Source of the DNA: Elusimicrobiota bacterium | GTDB lineage: Bacteria > Elusimicrobiota > Elusimicrobia > Elusimicrobiales > UBA9959 | DNA length: 56,142 bases | Direction of reading: 5' to 3' | NCBI GenBank assembly: GCA_018829985.1 | Contig: JAHJSU010000052.1 | Location: forward strand, 1-56,142 | Shown here: positions 48,702 to 56,142 of the stretch, in pieces | Numbering within the stretch: position 1 is the first letter of the stretch | Layout of the letters: each line of letters opens with the position of its first letter | Notes under the pieces: model-generated | What the model saw: only the letters and a program-made list of their open reading frames with translations | Told to the model about the DNA's origin: nothing | The model's database searches: none | Program-made: the position numbers and the translations under genes

Positions 48702-49337
48702 ATGAAACCCATAGTGGTGCTCGCTACGCGCAATAAGAATAAAGTAAGAGAGATATTGGCTATACTGGCGGAGAGCGCCATAGATTTTAAAACTTTGGAC
48801 GATTTTCCGGGAGCCCCGGAAGTGATAGAAGGCGCGGACACACTTGAAGAGAACGCCGCTAAAAAAGCAAAAAGCGCGGCGCTTTACTGCGGGCGCTGGG
48901 CGCTGGCCGACGATACGGGGCTGGAGGTGGATTCTTTGGGCGGAAAGCCGGGGGTGTTGTCGGCCAGATATGCGGGACCGGGCAGTTCCTACGCCGATAA
49001 TAACCGAAAACTTCTTGCCGCGCTGGACGGAGTGCCGCATGAAAAAAGGACCGCGCGTTTCCGCTGCGCCGTGGCGCTTGCCTCCGCCGGCGGTTCCACC
49101 GTCATCATGGAGGGGTGCCTTGAAGGGTTTATAACCCGGGAACCGTCAGGCTCCCGGGGCTTCGGCTATGACCCTGTTTTTGCCGTGGCGGCCTCCAGCG
49201 CGGACGCGGGGCGCGGGCAGGGCCCGGTGCGCACGCTGGCGGAACTTTCCCCCCTGGAAAAGAATGCCGTGAGCCATCGCGCGGCGGCGCTCAAAAAGAT
49301 TATCCCGTATTTACGGCGGCTTAAGGCCGAAGTCTAA
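48702..49337 (+). CDS. rdgB: non-canonical purine NTP pyrophosphatase (RdgB/HAM1)
   Basis: VLATRNKNKVREI, DDTGLEVD, ARYAG and GFGYDPVF motifs. Confidence 0.9.
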   Translation: MKPIVVLATRNKNKVREILAILAESAIDFKTLDDFPGAPEVIEGADTLEENAAKKAKSAALYCGRWALADDTGLEVDSLGGKPGVLSARYAGPGSSYADNNRKLLAALDGVPHEKRTARFRCAVALASAGGSTVIMEGCLEGFITREPSGSRGFGYDPVFAVAASSADAGRGQGPVRTLAELSPLEKNAVSHRAAALKKIIPYLRRLKAEV

Positions 49338-49447
49338 AGTCGAAAGTCGAAAGTCGAGAGTCTAGAGTCTAAAGTGCAGGGTGGAATCAGATTTCCTTAA
49401 TCTTTAGCCTTTAGACTTCCGTTCTGTTTACTTTAGACTTCCTTACT
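49330..49447. repeat. GTCTAAAG/GTCGAAAG-word hairpin (copy 3)
   Basis: Supplies the rdgB stop codon (gtcTAA) and ends 4 nt before the ATG at 49451. Confidence 0.85.
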
Positions 49448-49450
49448 CTT

Positions 49451-49990
49451 ATGATCACGGTTTTAAAGTCTTTGTGGAATAATTTTTCATATTTCCTGGC
49501 CGCGCTGGCAGTGGCGCTGGCGGTTTATTTTTTTTCATACGAACGACCCAGGGCCCTTCCCCCGGTTTTAAACCGGCCCGTCCTCGAAGACTTCGCTCCC
49601 GGCGGCTATACCGTAAGGTCCGGCCTCATGGCGGCGTCGGCAAATCTAGCCGTCTATAAAAGCAAGATCGAAAAAAAGCTGGAATCCAGGTTCATGAAGT
49701 CCTCTTTTCCGGCGTCGGACGCGGGCGCCATAGGGAAGCTGGCCCGAGACCTTGAACCGCTCCTGTTGAAGATGCGCCGTAATGTCTCCGCCGCCGATCA
49801 CATTTCCCGGCTTGAGGCCGCCGAGGCCGAGCGCAGGGCGCTTGTGCTTGAAAACGCCAAACTGAAATCGCTGATTAAAAACGCCGGGCCTTCGTCGGGC
49901 CGTGTCCTGAGACAGTTGGCGGCCGTGGAAGAAAGCCTCTACAAGCTCCAGCTCCAGCTTGAAGGCCTGGCCGCGCTGGAAGCGCAATAA
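49451..49990 (+). CDS. membrane-anchored coiled-coil hypothetical protein
   Basis: 179-aa ORF with an N-terminal TM helix (FSYFLAALAVALAVYFF) and a C-terminal heptad-like region. No SD seen. Confidence 0.5.
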   Translation: MITVLKSLWNNFSYFLAALAVALAVYFFSYERPRALPPVLNRPVLEDFAPGGYTVRSGLMAASANLAVYKSKIEKKLESRFMKSSFPASDAGAIGKLARDLEPLLLKMRRNVSAADHISRLEAAEAERRALVLENAKLKSLIKNAGPSSGRVLRQLAAVEESLYKLQLQLEGLAALEAQ

Positions 49991-49992
49991 GC

Positions 49993-50174
49993 GTAACTGC
50001 TCAGGTTATCAGGTTCAAGGTTCGCGGTTCAAGGTTATCTTTTCCACGATCTTCTTGTGTCCCCGGATTCCCAACTGTTGAACCACTTCCGCCGGAGGCG
50101 GATCCCCGCCAATACAGCCCGGCGGGCGCGGCGCCGGGCTGTTTGGCGGAAAACCGCTGAACCTGAGTAGTTAC
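49993..50174. repeat. GTAACTGCTCAGG / CCTGAGTAGTTAC-bounded GGTTCARGG hairpin carrying a ~71-nt nested insertion of CCGCC mini-hairpins (50085-50155)
   Basis: Alignment by eye with 48495-48607 places the insertion between gttgaacc and gctgaacc. Confidence 0.85.
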
Positions 50175-50197
50175 AATAAGTTATAATGTAAATTCTT

Positions 50198-52333
50198 ATG
50201 CGGATAAGGCTTTTTCCGAAACTTGTCGCGGTCATGCTTGCGGTGTCCGTTGTGCCGATAGCGCTGTTGGGCTACCGGCTGATCAGCATCGGCCAGCTGG
50301 GCGCGACTACCGCCCGCCTTGAACTGCATATCGGCATGGCCGATGCGATAGCCCGCGAATTTGAAACCTACATGGTCGGCGTAAACGACAGGGCCGCTTT
50401 TGTCATGGGCGCCATTTCCAAGATGGACTGGGAAAACAAACAGACGCTTTTGACTTCTTTCATGGACGCGAACGGCGATATTAATGAAATTTCCATGATT
50501 TCCAACTCCGGCAAGGAACTGGTGAAAGTTTTTAATCCGTCGGTTAAGGCGGATCTTTCGTTCAGGGATTACATCAAGGACCGGAAATTCCTGGGCGCCA
50601 GGGACGAAAAAACAAGGACTTTGGAATTTCAGACGGTTAACGGCAAAAACAACGCGGTCCTTTACTATCCGTTCGGCAGGAATTTCGTCTTTAAACTTGC
50701 CGTGGGCCTTGATAAATTCCTGAGCACGCTGAACTTGAAAAAAATCGGGGATACCGGCTATTCGCTGATAGTGGATAAGAACGGGGAGCCCATCGCTTAT
50801 ACCCGGGATATCGGCCGCGGGGAGCTCGGCGGCGTGAAAAAATGGCCGATCGTGGAGGAGGCGCTCAAGGCGCTTTCCGCCGGCGCCAGCGAATCTTTTT
50901 ATTTCGGCGGTGTTGAACAGATAGGCGCGTACGCTCCCATCCCGGCGATTGCGGGGGCGGCGATAATCAAACAGTCAAAGGAAGAGGCTTACCGCTCGGC
51001 GGCTTTTATGCGCCGCGATGCCGTCAAGATCATGCTGCTGTTCGTGGCGGTCGTCTTCGCGGCCGCCTTTTTCCTCTCCAGGCAGCTGTCCAGGCCCATT
51101 ATTGAGATAACCCGGGTCGCCGAAAAGGTGGCGGAAGGGGATTTTTCAAGAACGGTGGACGTCAGGTCCCGGGACGAACTGAAAGATCTGGGCGAAACTT
51201 TCAATAAAATGGTGCGCCAGTTAAAGACCTATTCGGATATGCAGGTGGACCGTATAATCAGGGAGCAGAAGAACACCGAGGCCATACTTTTTTCCACCGA
51301 GGACGGCTTTGTCATGATAGACGGTTCGGGGTGCGTTCAGCTGGCGAACAGGAAAGCCCGCTCGGTGCTGGGCCTGGCGCCGGAGGCGGCCATAGAGGGG
51401 AAAGATCTTCTTGAGCTTATCGGCGAGCCCGGTATGCGGAACATAGTGGCCGAGGTGCTGAGCTCCCGGAAGGAGGATTTTTTCAGGGATATAGAAGTGG
51501 CGCTTGAACATTCAAAAAGGTTCTTTAAATGCTTCTCGGCTCCCATAATCGCGCCGGAACAAGACGTCCGCCTGGGCACTTTGGTGGCTTTTTACGATAT
51601 CACGCTGGCTAAGGAGCTGGAGCGCATTAAGGACGAATTTCTCCATTCCATAACCCATGACCTCAGGAATCCGATGGGCGCCATAAAAGGTTTTGTGGAA
51701 TTCATGATCAAGGAAGTCCCGGGTCCGGTCAACGAGGCCCAGAAAAAGATGCTTGTCTCCATAGACCGCGCGGCTTTCAGGCTCCTGGGGATGATAAATA
51801 ATATCCTTGATATAGCCAAGATGGAAGCGGGCAAGATGGAGATAAAACTGGCCCCGGTAAATGCCGCTGAAGCGGCCAAAAGGGTTGTGGAACTGCTTGA
51901 GTCGCTGGGGCAGAGAAAGCGGATAAAATTCGTCCTTGACGCTCCGGTTCCGGTCACACTGGAAGCCGACGCCGGACTTATAGAGCGGATGTTCACCAAC
52001 CTCATAGGGAACGCCGTCAAATTCGCGCCCGAAAACGGCGTCATAACCGTCGGCATCGGAGAAGACGGGGAAAATCTGATAGCTTTCGTCGCCGACAACG
52101 GGGACGGCATCCCGCTGGAGTATATGAACAAGGTATTTGAAAAATTCGAGCAGGTCAAAGGGCAGAAGGCCGGCGGAACGGGTCTGGGCCTCACCATCTG
52201 CAAGCATATCGCCGCCGCGCACCTCGGCAGAATATGGGCGGAGTCCGAGCCGGGTAAGGGCGCGAAATTTATTTTTACGGTGCCCAAAAAACTTAAGAAA
52301 GACGAGGCCGGCAAACTGTTCGTGGCGGTTTGA
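50198..52333 (+). CDS. sensor histidine kinase (periplasmic Cache-like, HAMP, PAS, HisKA, HATPase_c)
   Basis: Two TM helices bracket a roughly 250-aa extracytoplasmic domain. HAMP RPIIEITRVAEKVAEGDF, H-box FLHSITHDLRNPM, N-box NLIGNAVKF, and G-box GTGLGLTICKHI. Confidence 0.88.
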   Translation: MRIRLFPKLVAVMLAVSVVPIALLGYRLISIGQLGATTARLELHIGMADAIAREFETYMVGVNDRAAFVMGAISKMDWENKQTLLTSFMDANGDINEISMISNSGKELVKVFNPSVKADLSFRDYIKDRKFLGARDEKTRTLEFQTVNGKNNAVLYYPFGRNFVFKLAVGLDKFLSTLNLKKIGDTGYSLIVDKNGEPIAYTRDIGRGELGGVKKWPIVEEALKALSAGASESFYFGGVEQIGAYAPIPAIAGAAIIKQSKEEAYRSAAFMRRDAVKIMLLFVAVVFAAAFFLSRQLSRPIIEITRVAEKVAEGDFSRTVDVRSRDELKDLGETFNKMVRQLKTYSDMQVDRIIREQKNTEAILFSTEDGFVMIDGSGCVQLANRKARSVLGLAPEAAIEGKDLLELIGEPGMRNIVAEVLSSRKEDFFRDIEVALEHSKRFFKCFSAPIIAPEQDVRLGTLVAFYDITLAKELERIKDEFLHSITHDLRNPMGAIKGFVEFMIKEVPGPVNEAQKKMLVSIDRAAFRLLGMINNILDIAKMEAGKMEIKLAPVNAAEAAKRVVELLESLGQRKRIKFVLDAPVPVTLEADAGLIERMFTNLIGNAVKFAPENGVITVGIGEDGENLIAFVADNGDGIPLEYMNKVFEKFEQVKGQKAGGTGLGLTICKHIAAAHLGRIWAESEPGKGAKFIFTVPKKLKKDEAGKLFVAV

Positions 52334-52351
52334 CGGGCATAGCCCTGTTGA

Positions 52352-52433
52352 AAGGGTAGAGGGGCTAGGGTAGAGGGGCTAGGGTAGAGGGGAGAGGTGC
52401 GGAAACAAGAAACTCCTTACCCTACACCCTGCT
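52352..52433. repeat. GGGTAGAGGGGCTA-word element, asymmetric (long 5' arm, short 3' arm)
   Basis: The 5' arm is three units of gggtagaggggcta(g). The loop contains aaactcctta, and the right end ccctgctgttat is shared with 34431-34445. Confidence 0.8.
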
Positions 52434-52466
52434 GTTATGGCGCCGACATAGTAAGGGAGGACGGTA

Positions 52467-53630
52467 ATGAGACTTAAATTAATGTTCTTATGCGCGGCAG
52501 CTTTTTTTCTGACCTGGCGGGCGCGGGCCGAAGGAGCGGGAAAAGCCGAGGAAATGCAGAATATCGTGGTGAAACCGGGCGACACGCTCTGGAGCATCGC
52601 CAACACGTATCTTAAAAACCCCAAACGGTGGAACGAACTCCTGAAATACAACACTCTGCCGGCGGCGGATCCGTCCATAGCTTTACCCGGCATGGCGCTT
52701 AAGGTGCCGGCAAAACTTATAAAAGAGCAGTACCGCGCGGCCAAGCTGGTTTCTTTCGTGAACGAAGTCCTTTTAAGGAAAAGCGGCGCGGCCGACTGGA
52801 AAAATGTAGCCGCGCAGATGGATCTTTTTAAAAACGATACGCTGCGCACCAGGACGGACGCCCGGGCCGAAGTCAGGTTTTACACCAAAGAGATATTGAA
52901 TCTCTATCCCAACTCCGTGGTTATATTGCGGCCGCCCGATAAAAACGCGGACGTGGAGCTTATGGCCGGCGGAATGCGCGGATTGCGCGCCAAAGTGATA
53001 ACCGCTACCAACGTAAGGATCACGCCCAAAACCAGGGATACCGAGTTCGACGCCAGAATGAAAGCGGATATGACCACCCAGGTGCAGGTCCACAAGGGCC
53101 GCGTAGGCGTGGAAGCCCAGGGCAAAACGGTGGAGGTGCTTGAAGGTTTCGCTTCAGTGATTAAGCTGGATATGACGCCTTCCCAGCCCATACCGCTCCC
53201 GCCCATGGCTGATTTTGAAAAAGGGAGCGGCCCCGCGCTTGCCAAGGCCAGCGGTCCGCGGATGAAGCTGGACGATAATATCATTTCGCTTAAGCAGACA
53301 ATTCCCAAGGCCGCCGTTAGGGCCCCCGCTGCGCCGGCCCTTAATAAAAATATCAAGACCGGCGACATGAACGACCAGAGTATAGATGCCGGCAAGATAA
53401 TGATAACGGTGGCGAATCCCGTGCAGTCTTATCATCTCCAGCTGGCGCGGAACCAGAATTTTGCCGATCTGGTCCTGGATAAGACTTATGACGCTTTTGA
53501 TACCATAAATTTAAACGAACTGCTTCCCCCGGGCGCCTACTGGCTGCGGGTCTCATATGTGGACCTGCTTGGTTTTGAGGGGAAGTTTAACGCCCCAAGG
53601 CAGATCACCATCGGCCGCGGCAGACAGTAG
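52467..53630 (+). CDS. secreted LysM-domain protein
   Basis: AAGGGAGG SD, signal peptide, LysM VVKPGDTLWSIANTYLKNPKRWNELLKYN, followed by a beta-rich FecR-like region. Confidence 0.75.
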   Translation: MRLKLMFLCAAAFFLTWRARAEGAGKAEEMQNIVVKPGDTLWSIANTYLKNPKRWNELLKYNTLPAADPSIALPGMALKVPAKLIKEQYRAAKLVSFVNEVLLRKSGAADWKNVAAQMDLFKNDTLRTRTDARAEVRFYTKEILNLYPNSVVILRPPDKNADVELMAGGMRGLRAKVITATNVRITPKTRDTEFDARMKADMTTQVQVHKGRVGVEAQGKTVEVLEGFASVIKLDMTPSQPIPLPPMADFEKGSGPALAKASGPRMKLDDNIISLKQTIPKAAVRAPAAPALNKNIKTGDMNDQSIDAGKIMITVANPVQSYHLQLARNQNFADLVLDKTYDAFDTINLNELLPPGAYWLRVSYVDLLGFEGKFNAPRQITIGRGRQ

Positions 53631-53768
53631 GTAGTAGGTGGTAATGGGAGAGTAGATGGTAGGTAGTAGGTGGTAGGTGGGGAAGGAAATACAGATCTCA
53701 TTAACCTACCTCCTACCTACTACCTACTACCTACTACCTACTACCTACTACCTACTACCTACTACCCC
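53626..53768. repeat. GTAGGTAGTAGG 5' arm / (CCTACTA)n 3' arm hairpin
   Basis: The 5' arm starts in the LysM stop codon. The 3' arm contains 7 perfect CCTACTA units at 53716-53764, plus one imperfect unit. Confidence 0.9.
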
Positions 53769-53785
53769 CACCCCTGCCCCTGCTA

Positions 53786-53814
53786 TTGACAAGTCAAGTT
53801 TTATCTGCTAATAT
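53786..53814 (+). promoter_or_regulatory. near-consensus sigma-70-type promoter (TTGACA-17-TAATAT)
   Basis: ttgacaagtcaagttttatctgctaatat read directly. No CDS start with an SD lies within the next ~430 nt. Confidence 0.6.
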
Positions 53815-53820
53815 ATAGTG

Positions 53821-53954
53821 CAGGAGTAGTATTCATGAGGGAGGCTTAGTTCGCTTCTGTCAGTTGTTTGTTGCTGTTCGGCTGTGCGGTGTTCGGAGGG
53901 AGCACGAAAAGGCAGTAGGAGAGGCGCAATCTTTTCGTGCTCTCTTTTGCTTTT
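53821..53954 (+). ncRNA. candidate small RNA or terminated leader (~135 nt), family unknown
   Basis: Bounded by the promoter above and an intrinsic-terminator-like hairpin. No match to any RNA family I can recognise by eye. Confidence 0.3.
53900..53954 (+). terminator. intrinsic terminator-like hairpin
   Basis: A 12-bp stem gagcacgaaaag / cttttcgtgctc, a 19-nt loop, then tcttttgctttt. Confidence 0.55.
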
Positions 53955-53967
53955 GGCCGTCCGCTAA

Positions 53968-54210
53968 CCCGAAAAATTCAGGAGAATTTTCCGGGAAGGA
54001 TAAAGGATTAGGGATAAAGGCTAAAGGACGGAATATTTTTTTGTTTTGCAGTGTTTTTCCTTTATCCTTCAGCCTTTATCCTTCAGCCTTCCGAAAATTG
54101 CCGTGGATTTTCTACAGGTTTCTTAATGCGATACGACTTCAACTGCCTGCCCGCCAAATTGCAAAACAAACTGAAGACATGTAATGCTTGGCAGGCGGGC
54201 AATTTTCGGG
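53968..54210. repeat. three-module composite: CCCGAAAAATTC-AGGA-GAATTTTCCGGG, GGATAAAGG-word hairpin (53996-54090), CCGAAAATTGCC..GGGCAATTTTCGG
   Basis: Read directly. Same architecture as 34834-35023 and 40174-40402. Confidence 0.8.
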
Positions 54211-54248
54211 TTTAATCCCGCCCGTATTTAAAATATAATCTACTTACT

Positions 54249-55910
54249 ATGTCCAAAAGGGTTTCCCTCGCGGCCCTGTGCCTTTGCCTGCTTTCGGCGC
54301 CCTGCTTTGCCACCTCCGGCCTCCCGCCAGGTTCGGTCACCGTCTGGGACAGGATAATGAAGGAACAGAGCTTTATCAACCTGCGCAAAGGCTATATGCT
54401 GATGGGGTCCGAGAAATACGCCGAAGCCGCCAACGAATTTTTAAAAGCCATCTCGGAAAATCCCAAAGAGCCCTACGCGCATATTCTCTACGGCTCCAGC
54501 CTGTACTGGCTGGGCGAGCCGGACCGGGCCATGGATGAGTTCAACGCCGCGGCCGGCCTTGATCCCCAAAACGCGGTCGCTTATCAGCTGATGGGCATAG
54601 TCCACGCCTGGAAGGGGGAACTTCCGGCGGCGCTTGAAAAATTTAAAAAGGCCGAAGAACTGGCAAACTTTAAAAGCGACGTCAAGATGAATATCGGTTC
54701 CATCTATAATTCGCTGGGCGATAGGGGCAGAGCTTTATCCTATTTCAGGGAGGCGGTCCGGCTTGAACCTGAAAACCCTCTTTACCGTTTCCAATTGGGC
54801 CTTCTTTATTCAAGGCTCGGGCGCTGCGCGGAGGCGAAAAATTCTTTTAAAAAAGCGATTTCTAAGTTCAGGGATTACGAGGACGCGATGCTTGAACTGG
54901 CGGTCCTGGAGGAAAAAGACGGCAAGGTGAAAGAAGCCTTAAGCCTTTACAAAAAAGCCCTGGAGCTCAAACCGGGCGACAACGTGGCGCGCTTCAGGCT
55001 GGCCTGCCTCTTTTATAAGACCGGCAATAACGACGGGCTTAAAAAACTTTTGAACGAGGCTTTTTTGCTTACACCTTCCAACGACAGGGGCGGCATCTCC
55101 ATAAGTCTTTCCTACGCCGGGGCGCCGGACAGCGGGAAGACGCCCGACGGCCGGCGCTCGGATAAGCCCGCATCTCTGGAGAACGCCATAAAGAAGATCC
55201 CGGCGGATGAGGACATAAATATCCAGGCGGAGATAATTTCGGTTCCGAAGACCCCTGTGGTCATGCCTTCGGGCGAAGGGCCGGCGGGCTTGAGGTCCGG
55301 CCTTGAAAGAATTTTCAGCCGGCGCCAGGTCTCTTATTTAAAACGCGAATACTCATTGCCCGCCTCGGATTTCAGGAACAGGGCGGACCGGGCCGCCCGG
55401 ATAGCCGCGGAGATAGACGCCGCCGTCAAAGCCGCGGGCAAAGAGAACGATACGCGCATGTCTTTGAGCATCGAAACTAAAAAAGCTTCCGGAACTTCCG
55501 CCGCCTCCGTCTCCGGCCGGAACGCCAAGGTGGTCTTCAAGCCCCGGGATGTCGGAAACGACATGGGGCTTTGGGTGATGGGGGACAACTGGCTTGAAAA
55601 CGTGGAAGAGGCGCTTGATGAGCTTTCGTTGAGCCGGGCAGCCGGCCCCCGGAGTTCCGGCGGGTTTTCCGCGTTGACGGGGTTAGGCAGGCTTATCCTC
55701 GGCGAACCGGACGCCGCCCTTGAAGAGTTTCAAAAGACCGGACCCGAACTGGGCGCGGCCGGCGAACTGGGGAGCTGCGCTGCCTGGGTTGAGAAAGGTT
55801 CCGAGGAAAAAGCTCTGGCCGCGTGCCTTGAAGCGCTTAAAAAAGAGCCGTCGAACAAGACCGCTTTGGCCAATAAGAAGTGGCTGGAACGCGCAGCAGA
55901 CGCAGATTAA
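54249..55910 (+). CDS. secreted TPR-repeat protein
   Basis: Signal peptide LCLCLLSAPCFA, and multiple TPR units (AYQLMGIVHAWKGELPAALEKFKKA and others). Confidence 0.75.
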   Translation: MSKRVSLAALCLCLLSAPCFATSGLPPGSVTVWDRIMKEQSFINLRKGYMLMGSEKYAEAANEFLKAISENPKEPYAHILYGSSLYWLGEPDRAMDEFNAAAGLDPQNAVAYQLMGIVHAWKGELPAALEKFKKAEELANFKSDVKMNIGSIYNSLGDRGRALSYFREAVRLEPENPLYRFQLGLLYSRLGRCAEAKNSFKKAISKFRDYEDAMLELAVLEEKDGKVKEALSLYKKALELKPGDNVARFRLACLFYKTGNNDGLKKLLNEAFLLTPSNDRGGISISLSYAGAPDSGKTPDGRRSDKPASLENAIKKIPADEDINIQAEIISVPKTPVVMPSGEGPAGLRSGLERIFSRRQVSYLKREYSLPASDFRNRADRAARIAAEIDAAVKAAGKENDTRMSLSIETKKASGTSAASVSGRNAKVVFKPRDVGNDMGLWVMGDNWLENVEEALDELSLSRAAGPRSSGGFSALTGLGRLILGEPDAALEEFQKTGPELGAAGELGSCAAWVEKGSEEKALAACLEALKKEPSNKTALANKKWLERAADAD

Positions 55911-56142
55911 CACAGATACAAAAGCAGACGAACACTGATAAAATATGCGATAATTCGGCCTGTTTAATCTGTGTTTTATGGTAACTACTCAGCAGCAACA
56001 TTGAACGCAGATGACGCAGATGAATATGATGGACGCAGATCATGTTTAATCATAAAAATCGTTACTACTCAGCCACAAAGTCACAAAGACACGAAAGAAA
56101 TCAGACAACAAACCGTTTGATCCATAAACTTTCTTTGTGCCT
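55895..56142. repeat. string of elements running to the window edge: CAGATTAACACAG hairpin overlapping the TPR stop, GTAACTACTCAG-led GCAGATGA element, GTTACTACTCAG-led CACAAAG element (truncated)
   Basis: 55981-56065 is the reverse-complement paralogue of 28440-28545. The last element is cut by the window end. Confidence 0.7.

Noticed and set aside
53864-54184. 106-codon ORF downstream of the strong promoter
   Set aside because: It has a TTG start with no properly spaced SD. It reads through an intrinsic-terminator hairpin and the GGATAAAGG repeat composite, and its translation is repeat-derived.

Overview
This is a chromosomal, mostly housekeeping 56-kb segment from a bacterium that looks GC-rich by eye. 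I saw no rRNA, tRNA, transposase, integrase, Cas, reverse transcriptase or obvious defence genes.

Genes, left to right:
- an arsenic-resistance cluster (DGC-domain stub, ArsF/ArsG-like pair, arsC, acr3), a CheY-like receiver and a WD40 protein
- argF, cysE with a decayed cysK stub, and anmK
- a complete N-type F-ATPase operon in atpDCQRBEFAG order
- a second receiver, a preT/preA-like pair, an MFS transporter and secreted hypotheticals
- two squalene/phytoene-synthase family genes and an OmpA-like lipoprotein
- rplU-rpmA-obg, rpsU-dnaG-rpoD and a HIT protein
- two adjacent phosphatase homologues with apparently degenerate active sites
- rplM-rpsI, a UDG-superfamily glycosylase, dcd and a clostripain-like peptidase
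- large TPR proteins, rdgB, a Cache/HAMP/PAS histidine kinase and a LysM protein

The unusual part is the non-coding DNA. Almost every intergenic spacer is filled by a long imperfect hairpin whose arms are degenerate tandem 7-10-nt words (GTCTAAAG, GGTCAGAG, GGGTAGAGG, GGATAAAGG, GGTTCARGG, CACARAGG, CCTACTA and others). The purine-rich arm is always 5' and the pyrimidine-rich arm 3'. Words differ between loci, but loop cores are related (GATTTCCTTA(T)AATC, GGARCTCCTTATAAC) and flanking modules recur (GTAACTACTCAGG inverted termini, CCGAAAATT stems).

Smaller hairpins are nested in these elements: CCCGCC-N9-GGCGGG arrays, GCCCCGCACTTT..AAAGTGCGGGGC, and GGCTATGCC..ATCAGACGGCC. Some also lie in frame inside coding sequence. 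Examples are the arsC redox loop, a squalene-synthase-like gene, a TPR gene, several C-terminal tails, and the whole N-terminal signal-anchor of a TPR protein.

A roughly 170-nt promoter-like/leader module occurs three times, upstream of the N-ATPase operon, the MFS gene and a secreted-protein gene. There is also at least one orphan promoter-plus-terminator unit, a candidate sRNA.

Coordinates of non-coding elements are hand-derived and may be off by 1-3 nt. Family names come from motif recognition and memory, not from searches.
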